Source: an uncultured Acidobacteriota bacterium (GTDB lineage Bacteria; Acidobacteriota; UBA6911). Taken from it: DNA of 64,000 nt. The notes beneath the pieces are model-generated. The model did not search any database. It was not told the DNA's origin and worked only from the letters and a program-made list of their open reading frames with translations. Where the stretch lies: NCBI GenBank assembly GCA_963747985.1, contig CAVVHG010000002.1, positions 33,323-97,322 on the forward strand, read 5' to 3'. This document shows, in pieces, positions 1-10,273 of this stretch; positions within the stretch are counted from its first letter, which is position 1, and each line of letters starts with the position of its first letter. The position numbers were made by a program, and so were the translations under genes.

Positions 1-758
1 AGAGGTTAGCACCCAGATCCACTCCGACATAGTGGTCACCGCGCGGTATCCAGGTATACATGTGGAACTCGCCGGTGCCCGTAGGGGGCGCAGTACCGTA
101 GTCCACGGTTCCGGCGATCACGCCCAGGTCGTTAATTGCAGCTGCCCATCCGTTAAGCGCGCCCTTGGGCAACGGGAGTTGAGCGATTCTGCCCCGATGC
201 CAGTACACCGGCACCACGACCGAATAGTGGGGCGGCAGATAGACGACGCCGACCACGTCCCCGTTGTTGTTCATTGCCGAGAGGTCATACCATGGCGAAC
301 TGGGCAGATTCTCGAGCAAAGTGGGATTGCCGTACTGGTCCCACACCACCGGGCTCGTCAGCAGGTTGCCGTGTTTGTCCAGCTTACTTGCGAGGCCGAA
401 CACCTGGTTCTTGTCATTCAGTCCAAAGGCGAACGCACCCGCATATCCGTCTGGAGGGGGTAGCAAAGTCACTCTCCCCCGATGGTCGCCGATGAAGGCA
501 CTGGATGTGAGATAAAAGTCAACGCTACTTTCGTCTAATGCACCCTTGTACGAATAACCTGCGACGAAGCCGCCGTTATTAATCGATCCAAGGACGGGCA
601 GATATGATGAGGTGCATCCGGGCAGTACGCCTACCTCCGTAACTGTGTAGCGCACATCTTTTGGTTGGTTAAGCTGGGCGACGGCAATAGCTTGTGCGCC
701 GATGAGTATCATGATCCCCAGCAAGACGACTGCTAAAACAACGGTGTTGCGTTTCATA
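1..758 (-). CDS. Secreted repeat protein, 5'-complete but running off the window start (partial)
   Basis: The reverse-strand ATG at 756-758 (MKRNTVVLAVVLLGIMILIGAQAIAVAQ) looks like a signal peptide. The frame stays open with no stop to position 1 and has repetitive Gly/Val-rich segments. It is absent from the ORF table because it runs off the edge. Confidence 0.5.
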
Positions 759-951
759 TAGGTCTCCTTCTGGTTTGGCGAAGCACTATCTCCTGCGGGG
801 CAGTCTTTCGCTGCCCTCAACCCCTAAGGCGGGAATTCATTCAGGAAAGGGTAATGGCAGGACGAGAATCGATGGAAGGCATCACATATGGGCGGAGTGG
901 TGTATAATCGTCGACAACTCGCAGTAACGTGCCAATCGGAAGGGGGATGCC

Positions 952-1557
952 ATGACGCGTTCCTCCCCGCAGGAAGTCTCGCTGATGCTTCGCGCCTGGC
1001 GCGGCGGGGACAAGTCGGCATTAGACGAACTCATGCCGCTGGTCTACAACGAGTTGCGCCGGCTGGCCCACCGTTACATGACCAGGGAAAGGGCCGGCCA
1101 TACCCTCCAAACCACCGCCCTGGTGAACGAAGCCTACCTCCGGCTCGTGATACTGAAGCGCATCGAGTGGCAGGATCGCGCCCATTTCTTCGCGATCTCC
1201 GCCAATCTCATGCGCCGCATCCTGGTGGATTTCGCACGGTCACGCGGATATCAGAAGCGCGGAAGGGACTTAAAGAAGATATCGCTCGATGAGTCGATCC
1301 TCGTCTCACCGGAACCGGGAGCGGAGGTTATTCGGATCGACGAGGCTCTGAGCGCCCTGGCCGAGTTCGATGCCAGGAAAGCCAGGGTGGTAGAGCTGCG
1401 TTTCTTTGGCGGCATGACGGAGGACGAGGCGGCTGAGGTGCTGCATGTCTCGCCTGAGACCGTTAAGCGCGACTGGAGGTTAGCCAGGAACTGGCTTTTG
1501 TGCGAGCTGACCGACGGAGCGGACAGGAATGAATCCCGAACGCTGGCAGCGGATTGA
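952..1557 (+). CDS. ECF-type RNA polymerase sigma factor, TIGR02999-like (the sigma-70 subgroup typically adjacent to Ser/Thr kinases)
   Basis: The N-terminus MTRSSPQEVSLMLRAWRGGDKSALDELMPLVYNELRRLA and the C-terminal region-4 HTH (MTEDEAAEVLHVSPETVKRDWRLARNWL) fit this family. An RBS ggaaggggg precedes the ATG. The gene overlaps the downstream kinase by 29 nt. Confidence 0.85.
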   Translation: MTRSSPQEVSLMLRAWRGGDKSALDELMPLVYNELRRLAHRYMTRERAGHTLQTTALVNEAYLRLVILKRIEWQDRAHFFAISANLMRRILVDFARSRGYQKRGRDLKKISLDESILVSPEPGAEVIRIDEALSALAEFDARKARVVELRFFGGMTEDEAAEVLHVSPETVKRDWRLARNWLLCELTDGADRNESRTLAAD

Positions 1558-4528
1558 AAGCATCTACAACCGGGTCCTGGAACTCGAACCGGGCCAGAGA
1601 ACAGCCTTCATCGATGGAGCCTGTGCGGGTGACGAGTCGTTGCGCAAGGAAGTCGAGCGTTTGCTCGCCTGCCAGTCCGAAGCCGAGCACTTCATCGAGT
1701 CCCCTGCCATAGAAATCGTTGCTCAGGCGCTGGCTAAAGAGGAGCTCCCCCATGCTGGCGAGGATCCCGCGGAACCTGTTTGGCTCCAGTCAGGAAGCAC
1801 GCTCCTGCACTACCGCATCGAGGAGAAGATCGGCGAGGGCGGCATGGGTGAGGTCTATCGGGCTCGCGATGAACGATTGTACAGGGACGTGGCAATCAAA
1901 TCACTTCCCGGGATTTTCGCGCATGATCCCCAGCTCGCGGCCCGCCTCGATCGGGAAGCAAGACTTCTCGCATCGCTCAGCCACCCCAACATTGCCGCAA
2001 TTCACGGCCTCGAAGAGTCCGATGGGAAACGCTTCATCGTCATGGAGCTGGTCCGCGGCCGGACTCTCGCGCAACGACTCCTGAAGGGGCCGCTTCCGGT
2101 CAGCGACGCCTTGGAGGTGTGCCGCCAGATCGCCGAGGGGCTGGAAGCCGCCCACGAGAAAGGTGTTATACATCGCGACCTGAAGCCCGGCAACGTGATG
2201 ATCACCGCCGATGACAAGGTCAAAATCCTCGACTTCGGTCTCGCCAAGGCTCTGGCTGGTGAATCGCAGCCCGCCGATCCTGCACATTCGCCGACGATCA
2301 CCGAGGCCAGGAGTCGTCCCGGAGTCATACTGGGAACCGCCGCATACATGAGCCCGGAGCAGGCGCGGGGGAAGCCCGTGGACAGGCGGGCAGACATCTG
2401 GGCCTTCGGATGCATCCTTTACGAGTGCTTGACCGGCAAGCGGGCCTTCCCGGGAGAAACGATTACTGAATCCATCGCCAGGATTCTGGGAAGCGAGCCG
2501 GACTGGACGCTTCTCCCGGCAGTGACTCCTCTGTTTATCCGGGCCGTGTTGAAGCAGTGCCTTCAAAAAGACCCGAGTCTTCGCCTCCACGACATCGCCG
2601 ATGCCCGTGTGGAGATGCGGGAAGAACTTGCGGAACCCTCAACCGTCATCCCCGTCGCTCAACGCTTCCCCCTCGGCTGGATCTTGTCAACAGGTGCTGC
2701 AACACTCGTGCTTGGGCTTGTGACGGGCTTGGCGGTGATGAAATACTTCAAGCCCGCAGTCTCGCCAGGATCGCAACCGGTGGTGCGCTCCACGGTAAGG
2801 TTGGAGCCGGGACAGTGGCTCGATGGAGTCCGATTGAGCCCGCCCGAAGGATTTGACCATCCGACCCGGACGGCAATGGCGATTTCCGGCGATGGTCGCT
2901 TCATCGTCTATGTGGCGGTCAAAGAGAATCCGGGCGAACAGGACAAACCTCGCCTGTACCTGCGGAGATTCGACCAACTGGACGCCAAGCCCATCGCTGG
3001 AACAGAAGGTGGCATGAGTCCATTTCTTTCGCCCGATGACCGGTGGGTTGGATTCTGGGCAGACGGCAAGCTGAGGAAGGTACCCATCGACGGGGGCGCA
3101 CCCGTAACCTTGTGTGACGCCGCGTGGTCCCTCGGGGCCAGTTGGGGGATTGACGGCAGGATTGTGTTTTCAGCTCATCCCCTCTATGGCCTCTCCAGCG
3201 TTTCTGCTGATGGCGGAAACCCGGAAATTCTGACCACCCCAGACAAGACCAGGGGAGAAGGCAGCCACCGCCTTCCCCATTGGCTCCCTGATCGTAAGAG
3301 CGTGCTGTTCACGATCATGAGGGAATGGGTTGACTCACGCCCTCGTGTTGCCTTGCTGGATCTGAAGACACGGAAATGGAGCGTCTTAATTGAAGACGCC
3401 GCTGATGCCCGCTACGTTCCGACGGGGCATCTTGTCTTCCTTCGGCAAGGAACCCTCATGGCCGTGCCGTTCGACCTCGAGAAGCTTCAACTCACCGGCC
3501 GGTCTGTTCCCACCATCTTCAACGTCGTGCAGGCACTTAACATCCCGTATACTCTACACGGCTCTGCTGCCGGCCAGTTCAGCGTCTCTGATTCCGGCTG
3601 TCTGGTCTATGCATCGGGCGGCATTATGCCCGACTGGCAGAACTCGCTTGTGTGGATGGACCGGAAAGGAACCGGGCAACCCGCTGCTTCTTTTGAGGCG
3701 CCGTTTTACGCCTCGCGCCTCTCCCCCGATGGGCAGCGGGTCGCCTGCACTGCAATGGGGAGGAAATTTCAGGTGCGGGTTTTTGACCTCAATCGAGGCA
3801 CAGCGGATCTGCTGACTGACGAAGGTAACACCGTCTTTGTCACCTGGACCCCGGATGGCAAACGGGTAGTCTTCAATTGGCGTAGTGACGGTCAGTTCAA
3901 TCTCTATTGGCAACCCGCCGATGGAAGCCAGCCGATGGAGAGACTGACGACAGGCGACTACCGCCAGGATCCGGGATCGTTTTCTCCTGACGGAGCCACT
4001 CTGGCTTTCCTGGAATTCCGTCCAGAGACCGGCGAGGACATCCTTCTACTGGATCTGCGGAACCGTCGAGTAATGCCGTTCCTGAACTCCCGAGCCAATG
4101 AGATACAACCTGAGTTTTCGCCCGACGGGCGTTGGATGGCCTACGTGTCGGATGAGTCGGGCCGCGATGACGTCTACGTTCGGCCTTACCCCGGCCCGGG
4201 AGGTAAGTGGCTGATCTCCCAGGAAGGTGGCACAGAACCGGTCTGGGCAAGGAACGGGAAGCAACTCTTTTACCGGCGGCAGGATCAGGTGTGGGAGGTG
4301 GATGTTCGGACAGATACGAGCTTCACACCCGGCAAGCCACGCCTCCTGTTCGAAGCACTGCCATTCGCCTGGGGTTGGCCCAGCCGGAGCTGGGACATCT
4401 CCCCCGACGGCCAGCGTTTTTTGATGGTGAAGCGGGAAGAGAGAAAGCCCCAGCCGGTGACCGAAATGATCCTCGTCATGAACTGGTTCGAGGAACTCAA
4501 GCGCCTCTGCCCCACCACCGGCAAATAA
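1529..4528 (+). CDS. Ser/Thr protein kinase with an N-terminal sigma-associated domain, one TM helix and a C-terminal TolB-like (PD40) beta-propeller
   Basis: Kinase motifs are present: GEGGMGEVYRA, HRDLKPGNVM, DFGLAK and SPEQ. A TM segment (ATLVLGLVTGLAVM) is followed by repeated FSPDG/WSPDG PD40-like motifs. The N-terminal ~90 aa ([24 protein letters not shown]...) recurs in the kinase at 15683. Confidence 0.9.
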   Translation: MNPERWQRIESIYNRVLELEPGQRTAFIDGACAGDESLRKEVERLLACQSEAEHFIESPAIEIVAQALAKEELPHAGEDPAEPVWLQSGSTLLHYRIEEKIGEGGMGEVYRARDERLYRDVAIKSLPGIFAHDPQLAARLDREARLLASLSHPNIAAIHGLEESDGKRFIVMELVRGRTLAQRLLKGPLPVSDALEVCRQIAEGLEAAHEKGVIHRDLKPGNVMITADDKVKILDFGLAKALAGESQPADPAHSPTITEARSRPGVILGTAAYMSPEQARGKPVDRRADIWAFGCILYECLTGKRAFPGETITESIARILGSEPDWTLLPAVTPLFIRAVLKQCLQKDPSLRLHDIADARVEMREELAEPSTVIPVAQRFPLGWILSTGAATLVLGLVTGLAVMKYFKPAVSPGSQPVVRSTVRLEPGQWLDGVRLSPPEGFDHPTRTAMAISGDGRFIVYVAVKENPGEQDKPRLYLRRFDQLDAKPIAGTEGGMSPFLSPDDRWVGFWADGKLRKVPIDGGAPVTLCDAAWSLGASWGIDGRIVFSAHPLYGLSSVSADGGNPEILTTPDKTRGEGSHRLPHWLPDRKSVLFTIMREWVDSRPRVALLDLKTRKWSVLIEDAADARYVPTGHLVFLRQGTLMAVPFDLEKLQLTGRSVPTIFNVVQALNIPYTLHGSAAGQFSVSDSGCLVYASGGIMPDWQNSLVWMDRKGTGQPAASFEAPFYASRLSPDGQRVACTAMGRKFQVRVFDLNRGTADLLTDEGNTVFVTWTPDGKRVVFNWRSDGQFNLYWQPADGSQPMERLTTGDYRQDPGSFSPDGATLAFLEFRPETGEDILLLDLRNRRVMPFLNSRANEIQPEFSPDGRWMAYVSDESGRDDVYVRPYPGPGGKWLISQEGGTEPVWARNGKQLFYRRQDQVWEVDVRTDTSFTPGKPRLLFEALPFAWGWPSRSWDISPDGQRFLMVKREERKPQPVTEMILVMNWFEELKRLCPTTGK

Positions 4529-4699
4529 CAGGTTGTGCTCCGCAACAACGTTGTGCAAACTCCTTTGACAGCCCCTCAACGCTCAGGCGGCAAGCTTCAC
4601 GAGTCGATATTCACGATGCAACCCTCAACCCAGATGTCATGCCGCAGTCGGACGCATACTGCCCTTTGTCTCGTTAGGCAAGGCGCATCCCGATCGTCT

Positions 4700-5224
4700 C
4701 CAGAGCATCAGCTCCCTGCGTTCCGCTCTGCCGGGGGAGTTGTGGCGGAAGCTCCCTCAGATCCTTGGCACGAAGAGCTTTTTGCCGCTTTCGGAGGAGT
4801 CGCTGCATCAAACGCTGGCTTCGATAACCACGATCGTATGCATGTTGTCCGGAGGGAGTTCCTTGTGGACGAGCCGGGTCGATTGGATACGCACATCCGC
4901 CTCGACGGCCGGGCGTCCATGTACGTGTTCTACCATCCGGAATCCCTGACCCGGTGGCACAGTTGCCGGGATCCTTGGGAGGAGGCACGTATTGCGGCCG
5001 GCTTTCCCTGGCTGCGGATCCACGACCTCCGGCACGCCTATGGAATCAAACTGGCAGAGAGGGGAGTGCCCATGCATTTCATATCGGAAGTCATGGGTCA
5101 CCATTCGGTGGATTTCACACGAAAGCAATATGCCCGGTTCAGCCCGGAATCCGCATCGAGGGCCGTGTCGATGGGCTTGGAGGGTGGAAGAATTTCCACA
5201 AATCTTCCACTTTCCGTCGTTTAG
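4700..5224 (+). pseudogene. Tyrosine recombinase/phage integrase remnant (frameshifted, N-terminally truncated)
   Basis: The frame of ORF 4535-5224 carries the C-terminal catalytic box HDLRHAYGIKLAERGVPMHFISEVMGHHSVDFTRKQYARF (the R..H..Y region). An upstream Box I-like segment (MLSGGSSLWTSRVDW) is in another frame (ORF 4740-4949). There is no intact N-terminal domain. Confidence 0.55.
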
Positions 5225-5278
5225 ATAGTGTTGTTATGGGTTGGAATCAGAGGCTAAATCGAATAGAATCAGAATTGT

Positions 5279-5355
<77 letters not shown>

Positions 5356-5423
5356 CCTAAACCTGATAAATACAATAACTTACAGATCCACCTCGGAACA
5401 CACCGATCGGCAAAATCGGGTTC

Positions 5424-5441
5424 GTGGGTATATGGTGGGTA
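5424..5441 (+). repeat. 18-bp perfect direct repeat GTGGGTATATGGTGGGTA, copy 1
   Basis: The identical 18-mer recurs at 22998-23015, and the flanking ~10 nt on each side are also similar. Copy 1 lies 69 nt downstream of the intact tRNA-Arg. Confidence 0.6.
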
Positions 5442-5443
5442 GA

Positions 5444-5659
5444 TCAGGCGTTTTGAACCGCCTGTCCTTCGCCAAATTCCCATCCAGCGACACCTGCTTT
5501 GATGCCAACTTTCACAGCATCTTCCATCGGATCTTTGAAGGGCACCTCGACTCGGAGCAGCCCGTGCTCGTAAGTCGCTTCGGCTTTGTCAGGTTTCACC
5601 GGCCGACCTAAAGCCAGTGCTGAAACATGCTCGATGTCCCTTGCTGGATATACAACCAA
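5444..5659 (-). pseudogene. Hsp20/alpha-crystallin family C-terminal fragment (N-terminal half missing)
   Basis: The 71-aa ORF ends with KPDKAEATYEHGLLRVEVPFKD...VKVGIKAG, which resembles the C-terminal strands of the alpha-crystallin domain. An in-frame stop and the galT 3' end lie immediately upstream, so a full-length domain is impossible. Confidence 0.4.
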
Positions 5660-5691
5660 TTGAGGGACTCATCGCCGGAGTCCCCCACCGA

Positions 5692-6720
5692 TTATAACGC
5701 GACATCACGGAGGTATTTTGCCGCCTCTTCCGGTGCCGTCGGATTGATATAGAAGCCGGTGGCCCACTCGAAACCGGCCATACGAGTCAGACGAGGCATG
5801 CACTCAATGTGCCAATGGAAATCGACCTCAATCGTATCCCAGTAATTCCGGCGCATCGGGCTGGCTTTGACGTTGGGGATGGTGTGAATCAGGAAGTTGT
5901 AGGCAGGGTCGTTCAGGCACTTCTTGCTGCGCAGCAGCACCTCCTTTAGAACCGCGGCCAGGCGGCGAATCATGTGGTCGCTGATTTCGGCGAAGCTGTG
6001 GTGGTGGGAGCGCGGGGCAATAAAAATCTCGAAAGGAAAACGCGATGCGAAAGGAGTCAACGCCACAAATTCTTCGGTAGCGACGACGATCCTCTCGCCG
6101 GATTCAATCTCCTGCTGGATTACGTCGCAAAACAGGCAGCGCTCCTTCTGCATGTAATGTTGCTTGGCGGAAGTGAGTTCCCTTACAAGAATCAGGGGCG
6201 TTACGGGGCTGGCGATGATCTGCGTGTGGGGATGTGAAAGCGAGGCCCCGGCCGCAGCGCCGTAGTTGCGGAAGATGAGTATGTATTTGAAGCGATGGTC
6301 ACGCAGCAGGTCCACCAGCCGTTGGCGGTACATCCGGATCACCTGCTCGATATGCTCAACGCGAGCGTCGGCGAGGTTCAGATTATGCTGGGGCGTTTCG
6401 ATAATCACCTCGTGCGCGCCGACCCCGTTCATCAGGTCGTATACTCCGATCCCCTTGCGGTCCATGTTGCCTTCGATCCGCAGAGCGGGAAACTTGTTTG
6501 GGACAACGCGGATCTGCCAGCCTGGCTGATTAGGGCCGCTGCCCTTCGCGCGGACGGCGGCTATCTCTGGAGGCGTTTTGCCTTCGTTCCCTTCACAAAA
6601 CGGGCAGAATCCCTCGGGTGGGGGCTCGTTCTTGATCGGGAAATCATCAGGTCTGCGACCTTGCTCCGAGGCGATAATCGCCCAGCGCTTCTGGATCGGG
6701 TCGTATCTTAATTCTGGCAT
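5692..6720 (-). CDS. galT: Galactose-1-phosphate uridylyltransferase (class I GalT family)
   Basis: The protein has the zinc motif CPFCEGNE, the active-site SHPHTQ (H-P-H), and a typical length of 342 aa. Confidence 0.8.
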   Translation of the reverse strand: MPELRYDPIQKRWAIIASEQGRRPDDFPIKNEPPPEGFCPFCEGNEGKTPPEIAAVRAKGSGPNQPGWQIRVVPNKFPALRIEGNMDRKGIGVYDLMNGVGAHEVIIETPQHNLNLADARVEHIEQVIRMYRQRLVDLLRDHRFKYILIFRNYGAAAGASLSHPHTQIIASPVTPLILVRELTSAKQHYMQKERCLFCDVIQQEIESGERIVVATEEFVALTPFASRFPFEIFIAPRSHHHSFAEISDHMIRRLAAVLKEVLLRSKKCLNDPAYNFLIHTIPNVKASPMRRNYWDTIEVDFHWHIECMPRLTRMAGFEWATGFYINPTAPEEAAKYLRDVAL

Positions 6721-6925
6721 AAGCTGAGAACAGAGTAATCGGGAGCCATGGAACAGAAAACTCCCTTAAGGGAGTTACGCTCGCGCTAACATGTTGACAC
6801 CAAAGCACGTCAGCGTGGCGTTCTCGTCTGGACGGATTAAGAGATTATCGCTGTTTTGAGCTCGACCATGTCGCTCGGTTCAATCCTACATGGCCGTCTC
6901 CACCGTTCGCGGGCTTCACCCTCCG

Positions 6926-7342
6926 CTATGTAGCGCCAAGAGCCCTCGCCGCCTTCCGCACGTCAGTAGGTTTTACCCAGAGCATCGCTCCGTAGCGGCC
7001 TTCCCCGGCACATACGGCGTCGCTCGCCGTAACATTGACGTTGACCGCAGCGAGCTTACGCAATATATCGGCAAACGCACCCGGTCGGTCTTCCCCCTGG
7101 ATCAAGAAGCCCGTCTTCTTGGCGCTGAGCTTCAGTCCAGCCTTCCTCGCAGCGGTCTTAAACGCAACCGCATCCTCCGGGATAAAATCAATCTGAGCCC
7201 TCCAACGCCCTCGTGGAAACGCAGTAAAGCCAACAAGGTTTACGCCCGCATCCCGGAGCGTCGCGAGCACCTTGGCCCCCTCCCCTGGTTTATCCGGGGT
7301 TTCAATGTAGAAGTAATCGACTTTCCGAACCGTCTCTGCCAT
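6926..7342 (-). CDS. Tandem ACT-like domain protein (hypothetical)
   Basis: Two repeats of an ACT-like pattern are visible (YFYIETPDKPGEGAKVLATLRDAGVNLVGF and GFLIQGEDRPGAFADILRKLAAVNVNV). The 138-aa ORF runs antisense to a poorer ORF. Confidence 0.5.
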   Translation of the reverse strand: MAETVRKVDYFYIETPDKPGEGAKVLATLRDAGVNLVGFTAFPRGRWRAQIDFIPEDAVAFKTAARKAGLKLSAKKTGFLIQGEDRPGAFADILRKLAAVNVNVTASDAVCAGEGRYGAMLWVKPTDVRKAARALGAT

Positions 7343-7366
7343 TTTTCCCTCCCTTTCAGAATTCAG

Positions 7367-7582
7367 TTAGGTCATCTTTAGAACCTTCACCACGTCTTGG
7401 GCCTGGAGACCTTTCGGGCCGGTTGCCACGGTGAATTCAACCGTGTCTCCTTCACTGAGCGACTTGTAACCGGTGGCCTGTATTGCGGAATGGTGGACGA
7501 AGACGTCAGCCCCAGATGCGCGACCGATGAATCCATAGCCCTTTTCATCGTTAAACCACTTCACTGTGCCTTGTTCTTTCAT
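7367..7582 (-). CDS. Cold-shock protein, CspA family
   Basis: The sequence [19 protein letters not shown]...VFVHHSAI contains the RNP1/RNP2 motifs and is 71 aa. Confidence 0.9.
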   Translation of the reverse strand: MKEQGTVKWFNDEKGYGFIGRASGADVFVHHSAIQATGYKSLSEGDTVEFTVATGPKGLQAQDVVKVLKMT

Positions 7583-7666
7583 GGTTTTCTCTATATCCGT
7601 AATGCTATTCCTGCGCTGGCAGGGGTTTAATCGGATCGCCTACATCCCCTAAACCCCAGTATTGGA

Positions 7667-8326
7667 CTAGGGATTAATCGTGATATGGCTCTCGAGTTCG
7701 GACACGCCTGGTGCCGCCCAAGCTGCCAACTCGACTTGTTCTCTTTCTGCCCAGGAGTGCACACTGCCCCTGAGAATCACCTTACCACGGAGAGTTTCTA
7801 CTCTGATTCGGCGCGCATCAAGCACGGCGTTGCGCTGAAATGCTCTTTCAATTTCCTCCTTTACATCTGCATCCAGCACTTTGCTCTCCTCCGGCTTAAT
7901 AGTTATCCTGTTGCTGACCGATACTACTCCCATGAGGTGGCGCACGGCGGTCTCGGCGGCGTTCTTCTGGTACCACCAGTCTACCTCGCCACTCAGAGTA
8001 ACCAACCCGTTCTGCACCTGCACTTTGACGCGCTCATGGGGCACCGAGACATCCCACTCCAGAACATTTGACGCCACCCGGGCGATGCTCTCGTCTGGCC
8101 GCTTAAGAGGGTCGGGCAACCTGACCTGGATTTCTTCAACTACCGCTCTAACACCAAAGACTCGCGCCGCGGCATGCTCCGCAGCCCACTTCTTGTGGAA
8201 GCTATCGACATAGCCAGTTAGCGTCACAACACCGTCCTTGACGTCGACGCCGAGTGCCGTGTTAACACTCGGGTCCCATTTGAGTTCATCGATGACATCC
8301 TGCTGTAGTTGTGCATCGGTTTTCAT
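7667..8326 (-). CDS. BON-domain protein (OsmY-like, three BON repeats)
   Basis: The unit (DV.DG.VTL.G.V....K..A) repeats three times, which is typical of periplasmic BON/OsmY proteins. Confidence 0.75.
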   Translation of the reverse strand: MKTDAQLQQDVIDELKWDPSVNTALGVDVKDGVVTLTGYVDSFHKKWAAEHAAARVFGVRAVVEEIQVRLPDPLKRPDESIARVASNVLEWDVSVPHERVKVQVQNGLVTLSGEVDWWYQKNAAETAVRHLMGVVSVSNRITIKPEESKVLDADVKEEIERAFQRNAVLDARRIRVETLRGKVILRGSVHSWAEREQVELAAWAAPGVSELESHITINP

Positions 8327-8664
8327 GGTAACTTTCCCTCCTATTACTCGCTAATTTCCCAGCCCCGTCTATTTAATCCCCTGACTCGTCAAGAAACACT
8401 GTTCAGGAAGCGAACACTCCGTCAGACACTGTCCTGCCGCAATGTGAAGCAGCCGTTCGTATTCCAGTTTGGATAGAGCCGGTAAAATTCGATTTTTGAT
8501 TTGCGGGGTGGTTTCGTAAACCTGCGCCTTTGCCGGGTATCATCCACCCACCTCCTGAGCTGGGTAGCGTCAATGCCCCACTTCGGTAGAAGGTATGAAG
8601 GCGCTAGGCAGTTGAAATGACTATACGCTCTTTACGAGTGGGAAAGGGAAATATCCGTTGCGGG

Positions 8665-9366
8665 CTAGTCGTGCAGGACCACGCTTAGGAGGCCGCTCTG
8701 CACAATCAGCCCGCCCTCGGGGCCGTAATCGACAAAGCCAAGCTTCCTGAACTTATTCATGAAGTGACTGACACGCGACCGGGTTGTGCCAACCATTTGT
8801 GCCAGGTCATCCTGGCTGACTCGGGGGAGCACAGGCTCCGCTCTGCTTTCCTTGCCGAAATGGGAGAGCAGTAAGAGAATCCGAGCCAGACGCTTTTCGC
8901 TTGAGCTGAAAAGCTGGTCCACCAGATCCGCTTCGTAGCGGATGTTCCGCGAAAGCAGATGTGCGACGAACAATTCCGAGATCTCATGCCGCTTGTGGAG
9001 CAGGCGGGTCATCAGCGCCCGCTCGATCCGAAGAAGGGTACAATCTGTCACGGCGGTCGCCGTTGCCATGCGCAACTGCTGACCCGCCAGGCAGCCCTCG
9101 CCAAAGAACTCACCGGTGTTCAGTATCGCGACGATTGCTTCCTTGCCACCACTGGATGTAACCGAAAGCTTCACCTTGCCTCGCCGGAGATAGAACAAGG
9201 AATCCGCAGGTCGTCCCTGGCAGAAGACGTTGCGGCTCGCACCGTACTCAATGACTGTCTTACCGCGTGTGATTCCCGCGAGGAAGGATTCCCAATCGAC
9301 TGGTTGGTCTTTCTTGTCCGCCAGAATAACCCCCGTCTGCCTGCTAAGGCAAACCGCCGGCATCAT
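8665..9366 (-). CDS. Crp/Fnr-family transcriptional regulator
   Basis: A cNMP-binding-like beta-roll (LRRGKVKLSVTSSGGKEAIVAILNTGEFFGEG) is followed by a C-terminal HTH (VSQDDLAQMVGTTRSRVSHFMNKFRKLGFV). Confidence 0.8.
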   Translation of the reverse strand: MMPAVCLSRQTGVILADKKDQPVDWESFLAGITRGKTVIEYGASRNVFCQGRPADSLFYLRRGKVKLSVTSSGGKEAIVAILNTGEFFGEGCLAGQQLRMATATAVTDCTLLRIERALMTRLLHKRHEISELFVAHLLSRNIRYEADLVDQLFSSSEKRLARILLLLSHFGKESRAEPVLPRVSQDDLAQMVGTTRSRVSHFMNKFRKLGFVDYGPEGGLIVQSGLLSVVLHD

Positions 9367-9712
9367 TATTTTGTGCCAAGCTCGGCACCGCCCCGCGGGT
9401 TGGCGTCACCACCATGCCATCTTACACGGTTTACTTTTTGAGGATAAGATATTCCTCCTACCGAGCCATCGTATTGCAGATGATTGTAGTCCCGATGAAG
9501 TACGATCAGACAAAGCAAAGAAGGAGCAGGGAGCACCAGAGCCGCCCGGCAAGATAGTGATCGGCCAGGACGGTCTTCGCGGAAGCTTCAGATTTCATGG
9601 AGGCGTATCACAGGCTGTGGAAGCGGGCGGTGAGGAGGTTCCTGTGATGACTGCCGCGCCAAGACAGCCTTCCCCTCCTGCAGGACGAAGGTCTTCTCGT
9701 CGCGCCAGTCGA

Positions 9713-10174
9713 TTACACGGAGTCACCGGGATAGTAGGGCGCTTGCTCCTTATAAAACCAAGCTCCGACGATTGTCCCGATCACCACAGCCACCAGAGTT
9801 GCTATGGCATCCGTCGCGAACACCGTCGCTGGAATCAGCGTCAACGCCAAGCCCCATGCAATATCTGGGAATACCGCGAACAAGACCCCGACAGCAACGC
9901 CTGTCATCGTTGCCGTCGCTGGACCGGGCCCGAATCGCGGACGAATGGCCGCATAGAGCCATATCGCCAGAAGCCCTATGAGGAAGCTCATCACGACCAT
10001 AACGACGCCCGCCGTGACGGACCCTTGCCCCGGTCGCCCCACGGCTTGTAGCGCGTCGCTCAAGGGGGGTAGTACCAGAAATGTCCAACTTGCATAGAAA
10101 AGCAGGTTCATCACCACGCCTGCTACCAATCCCCCGACGAGCAGGCGTCCCCAGTTGATCTTTCCCATAGCCAA
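9713..10174 (-). CDS. Hypothetical integral membrane protein (about 4 TM)
   Basis: The 153-aa ORF is strongly hydrophobic in TM-like blocks. I recognised no family. Confidence 0.45.
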   Translation of the reverse strand: MAMGKINWGRLLVGGLVAGVVMNLLFYASWTFLVLPPLSDALQAVGRPGQGSVTAGVVMVVMSFLIGLLAIWLYAAIRPRFGPGPATATMTGVAVGVLFAVFPDIAWGLALTLIPATVFATDAIATLVAVVIGTIVGAWFYKEQAPYYPGDSV

Positions 10175-10273
10175 CCCCCTTCGTTTTCAATGGGCCCCAT
10201 TTACTGCTGTTGCGTGATCTCTTGCTGGAGCGGCCTGATACAATCGCTCCAATCCGTCCCGTCAAGCAAGAAC

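Noticed and set aside
9230-10051. 273-aa ORF on the plus strand
   Set aside because: It is antisense to and overlaps the Crp/Fnr gene and the membrane-protein gene. Its composition is Arg/Pro/His-rich, typical of spurious antisense frames in GC-rich DNA.
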